64,000 nt of DNA from Lama guanicoe (taxonomy: Eukaryota). The stretch spans positions 3,764,303 through 3,828,302 of the forward strand of contig MU053513.1 in NCBI GenBank assembly GCA_013239625.1, written 5' to 3'. The translations under genes were made by a program, and so were the position numbers. Positions 14,001 to 26,863 of the stretch are shown here, piece by piece. Positions within the stretch are counted from its first letter, which is position 1. Each line of letters starts with the position of its first letter. The notes below the pieces were generated by a model. The model saw only the letters and a list, made by a program, of their open reading frames with translations, ran no database searches and was not told the origin of the DNA.

Positions 14001-15119
14001 AATGTCCTGGGGCAGCCCAACACGGGCGCTAAAGCTCCCCAGGGCCGCCTGTGACTGAAGGGCCCCGTCTGTCTAGTTCTGGGGCCTGTTGCTAGGAAGC
14101 CTGCTGCTGCTGCTCACATGAGCCAGGTTCTCCACTGACAGCAGAGCAGGAGGCCTGCTCCCGAGTGAAAGCAGAGCAAGGAGCTGACCGTTCCCAGCAC
14201 CTCTCCTAACCTCGTCCATCTAGTGTCTCACTTCCCCAGGGAGGAGGAGAGGGCGGGGCAGTCAGCCAGCAGTGTGCAGAGATAGTCCCTTCACGTGAAA
14301 CCAGGAGTGGTGAAGACACATTCTCCCTGCTGCCACGCACTGTAGCACTTCAGCATGTCCTGCCTTGAGTAAGGAGTGGCTGGGGAGAAGTTGAGGAAAT
14401 GTCATCTATCCTGAGACAGGAAATGGGATGGGTTTGGGGGCTGAGATTTCAGAGTTAGGGGAAGGAGCTGGCTCCAGGCTTCAGGCCCTTGCAGATGTGC
14501 CTTGGGGAAAATGGCTGTGGGGTATGTGTGTGTGGGTGCATGTGTGAGTGTGTATGTGAGTTTGTACAACAGAGACACTATAGAACCAAGCATACACAGC
14601 GACTGAGAACCTGAGTTTACAGTGGTAGGGAGACTCTATAGCTGAGTATACCCAAGGTTGGGGACCAGAAGAGAGGCGGCCTCTTCTCTATACTGGAAGA
14701 ACCCCCAGCTGCACCAGGGACAGGAGCAGGGGCCTGACGTCACTGCCCTTCCTCAGCACACAGGGTTGTGCCAGGCTCCAGGACTGCCAGGCTGGGGCTG
14801 GGGCTTCATGACCCACACCCTAGGCTGTCAGTGGTCCAGTGATGTCACGTAGCACAGCGGCCAAAAGGATGGGTGTTTTCAAGCAAACAAAAGGTGTTCT
14901 CCCTCCAGAGCCATACTAACAGAGAACTCCTTAGACTGAGGAAGTATAACTGAGATTCTAGAAGCTACCATGATAGGAAGGAAGAAGGACACTCTTGCTG
15001 TGGTTAGGATGAGGGTTCAGAGTCATCTCATTAGAATATTTTAAAGATTAGATCCTTTAAAAAATTCCCTGAGTTGGTAACTTAAGATGGCTTCTTGTTT
15101 ATACCTCAGTTATTTGGAG

Positions 15120-15340
15120 ATAGAATAGCATAATAACTAAAAATATATATTCTGGAGCTAAACTGTCTGGATGTAAGTTCTGGCTTTGCTACTTACAAGC
15201 ATTGTGACCTATGCTTCAGTCTCCTCAAATGTGAAGTCGGGATGGTAATAACTAACTCGTGGGATATAGGGAAGATTGAAGACAGTTAACATACACAGTG
15301 CCTGGCACATAATAAGTGCTCTCTAAATGTCAGGTAGCAA
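15120..15340 (+). repeat. MIR SINE
   Basis: tctggctttgctacttac...cagtctcctcaaatgtgaa...acagtgcctggcacataataagtgctc. Confidence 0.85.
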
Positions 15341-17714
15341 TATTGCCTTGTGGTTTTTTTTCTCCCTAGAGATCCTGCTTCCCCCAGGGGAAATGGAGGC
15401 TGAGCATGCCTATCCTGGGAACTCTTAATGGTGGAGCTCTGTCTTCAAAAGAAAGAGACTGAGCTGAAAAGAAACAGAATGCCAAAATCAGAGTTTGACG
15501 TCAGGGTTTCCAGCTGAGGGTTATTTTAAGGTTCAAGCAGGTGGCGTCACGAAGACTTGGGAGCCGCTCAGTGTTCCCCCAGAGACAACACTGGCAAGCA
15601 CATCATTTAGCAGAACCTGGGGCGTTCCTCTGAGATCCATGCGGAGGGGCCTGAACTGGATTACTTTTGTTTCCATTTCTAAGGAGAAGCTGGAAGGGAG
15701 GGGACTTTGGATTCAGAGAGCTAAATTAAGGTACTAGATGATCCGATCATTAAAGTCAGTTCCAGCATGCGGCAAGGCACTGCTGTCTGTGAGCAAGACC
15801 AAAAGGGGAGATTTCAAAATATTCAAGGCAGGAGAATTCAGGCAGATGTTCAGGAAAATATGTCCCTAGCAAATTCCTGCAGAGCCTCAGAATACCCCGG
15901 TAAGAGAAGTGATGGGACTTTTGTATCCAGAGTTACAGAAAATAAAACGAAGCACATACTGTTGGGGGAAAAACTTACGCTGGCAGAGATAATCATTTTT
16001 CTATCCAGCCATTCTCTCTTCACTTCACCAGGACTAACAGTTATGTTTTGTCAAAGGAAGCTTTAATAGAATTTGGATGGACTAGTTCAACAGTAGCTAC
16101 AATCAAATTATCCCTGTTTTCTTTTGGAATCTCCTGTTTGAGCAATAGCTATTAGGCCCAGACTTACAAGGGTAAAATAATTCATGAAATATATTTGAGT
16201 GTGACTGTTCAGGACTAATGTAACGTTCCCACATGTCTATAAAGAGCAGTCCAAACAGTTGCGATATGCGGTTTAGTTTGTGTGCTATACGGTAATGAAA
16301 TTAGACTGTAAAACTCCATTTGATGGATAAGGATATTAAAATGGAATTAAAGTATTATTGCAAGAGAGGAATTCTTGGGCTTCAAGAGACGAAAGATGGG
16401 GGAAGCTTTGGCAAGTCCAGGGATGAGACAAACAGCTGCTGTACAGCTCTTTGCTATCATTCTAGCAGAGCAACCCTGAAGTTTCCAGCCCAAGATCTCT
16501 TGCCTTACACAAACAGCCGTCATTCTGCCAAGATGTTGGCTCAACATTCAGCGTAGGAGCTGAAGTTGCTCTATTTGGTCCATTAGCAAAGTCTCCAACT
16601 CACCATGCTCCTCCTCTCTCAGCCATTCCGTCCCTAAGATGGCCTTTGTCACCCTGTTTACCATTCTTTCTTGGAGGAAAGAAGAAGGGAAAGGAAGGGA
16701 AATCTTAGAAGGCATCTGCTAAAATCTGAGATGAAACAGCAATCTTTCCCTAGTGCTGCCTCCTACTCACACCAAACTTCACCATCATAAAAGCACATCA
16801 CAGTTTTAGAAAGCAAAATAAAGCATGAATGTTACAGCTCTAGCTTGGGCAAACTTTCCTGAAGCATAGAGGACATGCCTGTTAACACTGATTTTCTGTA
16901 CCTCCAGCTGCCAGCCTCTCTGGGAGAGGGATTCTCATGTGAGAATGACTCTGAAAAGACCAAGTATACCGGTTCCTTACCAGTTTTGGAAGAAGTGGTT
17001 ATATCCATGCAGGTTAACACACCAGAGAAAATGTACCCCCCCCAAAAAAAAACTGGCCCTACTTCTTGGTCACTCACTGACTCAGACTTCCCACCTGAAA
17101 ATTAGAAAACTAGGCTCAAGCCAATGTCTCTGTGACCAGCCAAAATGTCTGAATATTTGAAAATATGTGGATGTGGGGTACCAAGTCCACTCTTCCAGAG
17201 GACTGACTCACATTTTGGCAACTGTGTAATGCCACATAACATTTTGGTCAAAGATTTCATGGAATTAAAAAAAAAATCAGCAAAAGGAATTTTTGGTGTA
17301 AACAAAATAGACCCAATTGTTTGTTCTAACTATGTGAACCCCCTGATTTAGGGCTGATTTAGTACTGAGTGTGTCTTGGTATGCTCCCAGGACACCTGTC
17401 TTACTTCCTCAACCTGGACTATAACATGTGCTGTGGGGGGAAAAAAAAAATCTAAGAGCTGGGTTCAAATTCCAGCCTAGGAGGAAAGTTTTCTAGCCAC
17501 ACTGTACCTCAACTGTAACATCTGTCAAGTGGGGAATGAGAATAACCTACCCGGTGGTATGGTTGTGAGGAGTAAACATGATGTTCTATAAGCTCCCCTC
17601 ACAGCAGACCCTCGATAAACAAGCAGTAGCTTAATGAAGGCAAACACAGTGTGACTTAGCACCCGCAGAGGCAGAATCATTCATCAGGAAACTGCTGTTT
17701 AAATTCCCTCCTCC

Positions 17715-17870
17715 CAGGGTTTCTCCAAAGTGTGATCTCTGACCATTTGCTGCAGAATCCCTCAGGGTGCAGGTAATTGACACGTCTGGCCCCCATCCCA
17801 GACGTGGCAAATCAGAATTCCTAGCAATCACCATTTCTAACATCTCCCTAGTCTGCAGATGACTCTTTAG
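17715..17870. mobile_element. MER5-like DNA transposon fragment
   Basis: tttctccaaagtgtgatctctgacc...gcagaatc...cccccatcccagac...aatcagaatt. Confidence 0.65.
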
Positions 17871-19029
17871 TATCTTAAAATTTAAGAATAAAAATAGAAA
17901 TTGAAATAGAGCACTAGTTAAAAACATATTATTCTTTTCAGTCATTGGTTGGTAAAGAAATAGATGAGTTATATGTTTCAACCATTTTAAAGCACTCTCT
18001 GCAGTTCCTGAGCCCTGAGGTTCACAGGTCCTCTAAAAGATTAGATAATACGCTCAATTTGGGGAAGTTTTAAAAGCTAGTCAAGGAAGTTCACAGGAAG
18101 CTTTTTATTTTTCCTTGATTTGCTGGTCAACTGAGTAATTCTGGGCTATCACTTAGGCCCAATGGGCAGCACTTACCCAATTCCCTGGGCTACTAAACAC
18201 AATTTTATACTATTTGCTCACATAGCTTGCTTTATAAAACTCCAACTACTATAGAAGATGCCTGGTCTAAAATCCACTTATTCTTAGACTCAATAATCCA
18301 AAAGAAACTCTTGATCCAGTATCACTGAAGTCTTGAATTTACAGCTGAACAGAGAAAAACTATTTAGCAGCCACAAGACATTGGGCTACTGTGGATACAT
18401 GTTAGCAGAAAGTTGAAAGTCTGAACAGCAAACACTAAACATTTCTTTGGTAATGGAGAAGTGTGGCCCTGGAGTATCAGCTGAAAAAGCAAAAATGGGG
18501 CAGGCAGGACTGTCAGGCTCCCAAAGTTCATTTAAAAATAGTCAAACCAGGGAGGCACCATGAAGCCTGAAAAGTGAGCCAATTTCACTGGCAAAGACGG
18601 TGAGCTCCCCCACCCTGCACCAAATGGGACCCACAGCTGAGCAGTGATAAGGAGAACGTGGAGAAAGGCCAAGCAAGGCAATCAAGAACCATCAGGCTTC
18701 AGAGGAATAAATTCTTTGAGGGCTTGGTTTCCTGTAGACCAGTGCGGTAGAGTCGTGGGCTGGGAGGGTGGCTGTGCAGGAGAGATTAACAGTGCACTTA
18801 GATGGCTAAGTGATAGTTAGGAGTGTAAATATTTCTACTAAGGACAGTAAAAGAAAAAGCTTGGGCTCAACTTCCTCAGAAATTGGGCCTGAAACTGAAG
18901 ACCCGGTTGTGAGGGAGAGGGTTATTGTTTCAGTGTTTGGGGAAAGCTCTAATGCTGCTTTCCCACTTCAGAGCACCCTCTCCCCGCCGCCTGCAATTGG
19001 CCTCACCCGTCACCCCAGTAGACGTCACC

Positions 19030-19230
19030 ACTTCTTGATTGAGAGCCAACAGTGTGCCAGATACGGAGCTGCAGTCCTATCTCGTTTAATCTTCATAGCA
19101 GCCCTGCAAGGAGGGTAGTGGTGTCCTCGTGTATAGGAAATAGGTTCCATGAGATTAGGCAACTTTCTCAGAGTTGTGCAGTCAGAAAGTAGTGGATCCA
19201 ATGTGTCTTGTTCCAAATCTCTAGGCACTA
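19030..19230 (-). repeat. MIR SINE
   Basis: tgtgccaga...tttaatcttcatagcagccctgcaag...gagattaggcaactttctcagagt. Confidence 0.7.
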
Positions 19231-19249
19231 TTTTATCCTGTCTACTTGC

Positions 19250-19600
19250 CCATAGTCTAGGAGGCCAGTGTGGCTAGGAGTGAGCGGGACACAGGCAGGA
19301 GATGAGGTCCAAAACACATGGGCTGAGAGTGGCCACCTGATGGTAAGTGCCCTCCAAGGCCATGGAGGATGTTGGATTTTCTCCTGAAGAAGGGAAGCCC
19401 CTGGAGGGTTTTAAGCAGTGAAGCACTAATCTAGGTTTTGATTAGATCTGTGTGAACATATTTTAGGGGAGAAGGGGCAGAAGCCAGGAAAACAGTTGTG
19501 TAATCAATTGAGTAGTCCAGTTGTGAGATGGTGGCTTGCACTAGGTGTGAGTGGTAAAGACGTAGGGAAGAGGGTGGATTCTAGAGACATCCCAAGGTTG
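19250..19600 (-). repeat. L2 LINE fragment
   Basis: ggaggccagtgtggctaggagtgag...gggaagcccctggagggttttaagcag...gagatggtggcttgcactaggt. Confidence 0.75.
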
Positions 19601-20759
19601 AAAAACAGTGTGTGATGAGTTGGTAAATGATACGCCCAAGGTCACATGGGCAGTAAGGCTGGATGAGGCTGGGGTTGGCGCAAGGCTCTATCTGACACCA
19701 AACCCAGTGGTCTTTCCCTAACTACTGTGAGCCATGCCACAGGTTCCTGAGAAAGGGATTTCCTATATTTGAGGCCAAGATATAGACAGTTTCCAGTGGG
19801 TAGAACTCACGACTGAGGTGTTTGTATGCAAGTGTGTGCCTGTGAGTGTATCCTGTACGTTCGTGGCCTCTTCTCCTCTCATACCAAAAAAGAGACGAGT
19901 TGACAGCAGATTATCCAGGACACAGATAAAAAACAATGACCAACCTGCTATCCAAACATGGCAGCCCACTGTGAAGACTAGGGAGCGAGGTCAGCTGACG
20001 GCCTGGAGTAGCTACCACGGGCATGGCATGTTTTAAGCTGTACTAGGTAGAGGATGGGAGAAGCCACTTAGCAGAAACGTAGAGACTCTGTGGCCACATT
20101 TACACAACAAAAGCCAAGTGGAAGATTGAGCAATTACTCAGTAACTGCAGGCTGGGGAGTCAGCCAATTTAGGTAACGCCGGTAAAAACATGTGCTTTAG
20201 CCGCTTCTCTTGCCTGAATTACTCGATAATGGCCCAACTGCCTGTTTTGCGTAGTTGAAGAGAACAAGAAACAGGTCCATCCGAGTCAGAGACCTTGCAG
20301 GGGCCGTGACGCAGCTTAGGCTGGGAGCCAGCGGGGGAAGGCTGCCATCAGGAGCCCACCTCCAGCGGACGTCCCTTAGTGAACCCTGACACCGTGCTTG
20401 CTCTGTCGGCCCCTCCGAGGGCCCAGAGGCCCTAAGATGAACAGCCTTTATTCTGATGTTTCTCAAAGTCTAGTCTTGAGACAAACTTGGGAAAGAATAA
20501 TTACAATTAAATGTGTAAAGTAGAGGGATAGCCTTTGAGGAAATGAAATGATGGAAACACAAAGATGGCCACTCAGACCCACTCAGCAGGGGGTGTTGGG
20601 GAAAAGAGGGAAGGCTTCCTGGAGGAGATGATGCCTGAGGTGGGTCCTGCAAGGTGAATAGTTAGTAACCAGGAGAAGAAAAATGGAGAAGGGAGAAGAC
20701 AGACTAGTGTGAAGGCTGGTGGCATTTTTTTCCCTGTGGTGATAAGAATTTACCCCCAA

Positions 20760-20990
20760 ATAATACTTAATAGATAACACTCAGGCCTTACTATGCCCCA
20801 GACACCTTACTAAGCACTTTATAGGCATTGTCTTAGTACATCTTCACAAAAACTACTTGGGTATGCTGTTACTGTTATTCTGCTCTGTGTATGAGAAAAC
20901 TGAGGCAAAGAACAGTTCAATAATTTGCCCACAGCCACCCCAGGGTGGGTGAGGCAAAACCAGGACTTCAGACTATATGACTTCAAAGTC
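20760..20990 (-). repeat. MIR SINE
   Basis: atgagaaaactgaggcaaagaacagttcaataatttgccca. Confidence 0.85.
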
Positions 20991-23279
20991 TTCACAATGC
21001 TTTTTCCCTGTCTTGGTTTTGTCTGTAACATGTTTTCTGCAGCCCTGGGTGCCACCGTGCAGTTTCCACACATGCCTGTGACAGATCAGAATAAACTCAT
21101 GCTTCACTGAGGCCAGAAGCCGGCTCTCAGGGTAGAACCCTAGCAGGTGAATGACACACAGAAGCAGCAACTTTGCCTCTGACCCGGCCACTCCTGAGCC
21201 GGCTCACCAGCACCTTAGCTCTGCCCATCTTGGCGCCCGGCACCTTGTCCCCAGCCCTCTGTGAGCTCCGGCTGCGCCTCAGAAACCATGAATTCCCTGC
21301 AGACTCTGGCTGCCTCCACAGAGTTTCACCACGGTCTCCGTCCTAACAGGAACGCAAGCCCATCAGAGGGTGGGATCTGTGTCCTTCTTAGAATTTGCCT
21401 GATTCCTCTCCCATCTTCCTTCTATTACTCATCTCCTGCAAGAGCCACACGCTGCTGAGGAGCCTGTGAAGCCAGCTTTGCCTATCAAGACTCCTGAGAC
21501 GTGTTTTTATCATCATCATAAAATGCACCAGGCCATGTTCTGAAAGATAAATGGTGAACTAAGAGAACTGCACATGGTCTCGCTTAGAGGAGTTTCAACC
21601 AAAGATGAAATTTTGTGGTTCAGAACCATGCTGGCAAAGTAGCAGGCTCATTCCAGGACATCTCAAAGAAATGAGCTAATAACGAGTAGTGGTTCTCTAG
21701 AGTCACCACCCTCGTTCCGGGAAATAAATATTTTGAAATTGAATGTGTGGCAATGGTTTCCACTTTCAAATACAGCATCAGCATTCCTTTGGGTTTAAAA
21801 AATATTTTTGAAACATTCACATCACTTCTGCAAGATAAATGATATATCTTCTATACCCAAATTACAGAAGGTGACACCTCTCCTTGCCTGGAAAGCTCTC
21901 CAAGATGAAGAGGAGAGTTTATGTGGACAGTGAATAGATGTTTTCCATTTGTGCTGAGGTTGAGATAAGAGAAAAACTTCATTTGAGAACATGGAACTCA
22001 TTACCAGCACAGTTGCTCCACCTCTGACTTTATTTAAAGAAATGGATAGAGCATCATCCTCCTGGGGTTGCCTGGGGTAGGGCAGTGCTTGCCAGACTTC
22101 TGGGGCTCTAACAGCCCAGCCTTGGTTTGCCTAACCTCCTGCCACTAGCCCCACCCTACAAAATGAACAGATCATGTTTTTACCATGTCTTTTCCATTTA
22201 TCATCTCGCATTAGTCTCATAAAAATCTTTCTTTTACTACTGAGAAAACTGGCATCCAGGGAGGCTAAGTGACCCTGTTATACAGTTCACTGGTGTCAGA
22301 GAATGCTAAAACCAGGTGTCTTGCATTTTACACTAAATGCTGTACGAAAAACATAAAATGCAAAAGGTATACAAAAGATACTTACTGGAGGAAGACTATT
22401 TTGAGAATTTAAGAAGAGTTCTTTCGGAATTCAAAGTTATCCTAGTATGCTCAAGCCTGAGTATGAGTCTCATCATTTTCCTACAAATCTAACTCAGTCA
22501 GCTGAGTGTTCACCATACCTACACTGTGGATGCAATGGGAAAGCAAGTCCCTCTAGCATACACTATCCCTTACTTCTTAACACACTCCCTGTTTCGTCCT
22601 GCGATAGCCCCCTACTTCCACACACACACACAGTCCACCCCTGAACCCCGCCCTCAGCCCCACCAAGTACAGGTCCTTGGCAGACCCTCAGTAAGTACTG
22701 CTGGCACAGTTAGAAAGGGAGAATGGTGTTTCCTGCTGGGGTTTTCACATCCTCTGAGCCCGTGAGAGTCCATCTTCTTTGGAGTTGCTTATGAAACTCA
22801 AGCATTGGGAACCACTTACGAATTTATTCTCCTGAGATCTCTACAGATTTAAAAAGATAATCTGGTGCTCTGAAGAATGCTTGCATTTTAAAACCAAAGG
22901 CCTAATTGTGTTAATCAAAGTTCCTTAAATATTCGTTCCCGCATCTGTTGAATGGGGACACGATGTACAGAAAAGCATTTGAAAAGTACGAAGGGTCATG
23001 TAAATAAAGATACAAATAAAATCATGAACAAAACTAATAAAATGTGTTATAAGGGGTGCTGGGTGCTAAAGTTAAATATCTGATATCAAGTGAACGATAC
23101 CTCAGCTGAACAAATCCTAAAGAATGTCCCCTTAGCCAGGTATGCAGAAGAATGGAAGGAAGAAAGGTCACAAGAGGGGTTGCCCCTTTAAAAGAAACTA
23201 GACTTCCGAAATGTAAATTAAAATATCTTATCAAATAATAAAAAGGGCTTTAAAATTATCTTTCTGACTACATATTGGA

Positions 23280-23910
23280 AAAATAAGTAAGATATTAATT
23301 CCAATGTTAGGCGAGACAGACAAGTGTTCTAGAAAAACACCTCAAATGCTGCTGGTGGAGACATAAATCAGCAGCATTCTGGGCACAATTAGGAATTTCA
23401 AGAGGCTTTAAAACTATTCATGCACATCTATTCCACCTCTAAGAATTCAAACGTGGGGAATAAGGATGAGAATTAAAAGGTGGCTATGAAAATGCTCACC
23501 ATGGTGTTACCTAAAATAGTCAACGCTTAAAGGACAGAAGTTAAGAATATGTTATCTGGAGTCACTGAGCTTCTAGGTTCAAATTCTGGCTTTGTTAGGT
23601 CTCACTGAGATACTGGGCATATTACTTTTTAATTCCCACATTTATAAAATGAGGGTGATAATAACAGAAACTGTTTCATGAGGTAGCTGTGAAGATTGAA
23701 CAAAATACTTCTAAGGCTCTTAGGACATACTGAAAGTGTTCACAGTATTATATTATGGTCATTATAATGAAAAATTAGAAAATCTATATATCTAATAAAT
23801 TGTCTCATCCAAGCAATGTAAGTGCTATGTATCAATTAAAATAATGTTGGAGATGAGTATTTCATTTGGAAAGATGATTATATTAAAGGGGAAAAGCAGG
23901 CTATAAAATA
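23280..23910 (+). mobile_element. Ancient L1ME-like fragment interrupted by a MIR (about 23540-23750)
   Basis: tgctggtggagacataaat, attccacctctaagaatt; MIR core ggttcaaattctggctttg...tttataaaatgagggtgataata. Confidence 0.55.
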
Positions 23911-26224
23911 GTTTTTTACTAAGTCATTGAATCCACCAGTTACTTATTAGACAATATCCAGTGTACTTCTTTTGAATTCAGACCCATTTCTTCCCCCAAA
24001 TTTTGGCTGTTTTTCAAAAGAATAAAATCAAACAGTGCTAATTTCAGTTTCTTTACCTCCTGGGTAAATGGGACATCACTGAGAATTTTTCCTGGGCTAA
24101 TATACTTTTGGTACTTAGTGCATTTCAATCCAAATGACTTATTTTCTAAATAATAAAATAGAAGCATTTCTTTCACTAACAGGTAAAGCCCTCCATGCCA
24201 TAACACAGTCCCAAGATCCCACCGAGTCTCATACTCCTACTAGGGTAATAATATACGTAATTTACTGAGTCAAGAAATACTACAGCTGTAAGTTCTCAAG
24301 TGCTGACAACAATTTTTAAAAGCATGAACCTGTAATTCTAACAATACTTATTATGAGATACTCAAAATAGACGTACTTATAACTTAAAGTAACATGGAAT
24401 TATAAGAATGATACTTGCATAATGTACAATCACTGCTAAATATTAAAGCTACCTTGTCTTACTAAGAATCACTTAAGGGTATTGACTTGGTGTGACTTCA
24501 GTTTTAAATGTCTGAATTGGTGATCAATTGAGTTAAAGAGTATAAATGTTATCTTTACCCTCTTACAGTTGATGGATCTCTGAAAGCCTAAGAGATAACT
24601 TACTCGTTACCCAGGTCTTTGCTAGTCCAACAATAGAAAGTCTTCTTCCAATCCTAACAAAAGTTGTCTGATCACCAATTTGAAGCAAATAGGTACTGTG
24701 CCTTCATGCTTACACTGAGTATTACTAATATGGAAATACATTTTTCCCTAATTTAAAGTTACAAAATTAGGATCTCTGACTTGCACTGATAGAAATGAAA
24801 ACATAGTCATGTGTTTGTATCACATGCAAAAATTTTTAGTGCTTCCTTATCTATGTCATTTTATTATTAACAACTTTATATGCTGGATATATGTCTCATT
24901 CATTCTGACAGCTTTGTATTTTCCGTTACGGAAATTTTACTTCAACTTTGAGCATTCATCTTGGGAACTGAATAGGGTAGTGATCTGGTTTATAAAATTT
25001 CTCTGAACAGTCAGAGGGTAGTGAACACAGGAAAAAGACATGAAAGAGAGAAAAAACACTCATAATCAAGCATCTTCCAACTAATTGGTGCCAATTATAC
25101 GCAGCTGGGAAACGCTATGAGCTGCAACAGAGGTTGGCTAGACTACAAGAGCTCTCCTCCACATCTGGCAAAGGTAAAGCTGACCTCACCACTTCGTGCC
25201 TGAGACAGGTAGGCAAAACTCAAGGGACTGGCATCCATTTCACAAGATCAGATAGAGTGACTATTGGCTATGTTTATTTCTGGCCAAAAGGATTCTAACT
25301 GGAGTAGCAAGTTTGAAAGAAATAAGATAAAATGTTTCTGCTCTTTTCTCCCCTAGTGAAACTTAGGTTTGTTGCTTCTGGTTTGAGGCAGATAGTAAGT
25401 TACTGACATCCACATGATTGCTTTCTGGTTGCATTTATGATTGCTAGAATAGAATTACAAATACTCCACTATTACTTCCAGTCCTCAGCCAGATGTGAAT
25501 CCACCAAGTTAAACAAAGACTCAAATTTAAGATTCTTAATATTTTTTTCTCACCACCTTTTTCTTTTTCTGATTGGTACATGAAAGACAAGAAGTGCGTA
25601 CGGATTAAGTTCTTTAAATCCAAAAATAAGTGAGGGTGGCACTACTTACTTTTGTAATTCCGAGACAAGTGTCCACTGCTACATAGGGTAAAGTCCTGAG
25701 GTTTAGATTTCAGCTCTCAGAATCACAATCCCTAAAGAGGGTTCACTAGGAAGAAAAAGTAAAGAGTCTCTGCTCTAGAAATGTTGATCACAAACCCCAA
25801 ATACTTCTAGCTCTCCTTTTTCAACCCTGAAGGAATATATTCTTATTGCTCACATTTTATTTCTGACCTGGGACACCCCAAAAAGGTCATTTTTGAAAAG
25901 TGCTCTGCCTTTTCTTTCACATTAATTTTATTAGCTAGTTCAAAAGAGACAATTTGCCAAATTAGAGATTTTCATGTATTCTTTTCTTAAATGCAATCAT
26001 CCACAAACAAGTTTTCCATTAAAATGTACTCACAACACAGCTCAAAACAGAATGACTTTTTAGAATTAAGAATTATGTTTGAAAGAGACTAAAGTCAACT
26101 TACTGCTGAAAACACACACACACAAAAAGGATATATTGGTTGAAACTTTCACAAGAATGGAAAATGTTTAATAAACTTATATTGGTGGGCTTTTGAAACT
26201 ATAGTATTATTTACAGCCATAGTT

Positions 26225-26281
26225 CATCAACCACAAACACAATAATGTGTTTGCATGGCATGCTACAACAGAAGCTTTATT
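26225..26281 (-). terminator. Polyadenylation signal AATAAA (26281-26276) with downstream GU-rich element
   Basis: AATAAA on the minus strand, several upstream UGUA motifs, and downstream TTGTGTTTGTGGTTG at about 26243-26228. Confidence 0.8.
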
Positions 26282-26786
26282 CAGTTCATTCAGAAAACAT
26301 TGGCAAAATAAATTTCAGTTGCAAATTCACAGATACAAGCTTCAAAGTATAAAGTTGTATATAACAAAAAATACAGGTAATATTTATAACAATAACTTAC
26401 AGATACAAACTAATGATAAACTACAATTTCACAAAGGATTGTAAACATTTTGCACACTTGTCAGTCCTTTCTTTTAGGCAAAGTGCTCTTTTGATGACAA
26501 ATAAATTAACAGATACACACTTGAGTGAACTATTTCCATACAATTAAAAAAAAAGGTTTTGATTTGTTTTCTTCTTGTAAACATAAGCTTTACAAAAAAA
26601 ATGAAGAATCAATAAAAGTGTCTTGCAGGCCAACTAGAGATACATACCTGGGCAGCAAAGTGATGTTGGAAATGCTTTGGGTGTTAAATAAAAAATTAAC
26701 ATTAATATCTTTTCAATGGTATTTTATACATAGTAAATGACAAGTTTATATCCTTAATCATTTCTATCCCTGAAAAAAAAAAGGAA
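26250..26786 (-). other. LHX8: LHX8 3' UTR to the proximal poly(A) site (lower boundary approximate)
   Basis: U-rich sequence between the stop codon and AATAAA, with no recognisable repeats. Confidence 0.75.
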
Positions 26787-26863
26787 TTAGGTATGACTTA
26801 TTGGCAGTTGTGTCATTGAATGGGGTAACAAGGGCTGGAGTCCAAGAGTTGTTGGTGAATGAG
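26787..26863 (-). CDS. LHX8: LHX8 last coding exon ([25 protein letters not shown])
   Basis: Acceptor TTTTGTAG|CT; stop TAA at 26789-26787. Confidence 0.96.

Noticed and set aside
13331..14023. 230-aa minus-strand ORF and the overlapping 155-aa ORF
   Set aside because: They span LTR and MIR remnants, have no recognisable domain and lack exon context.
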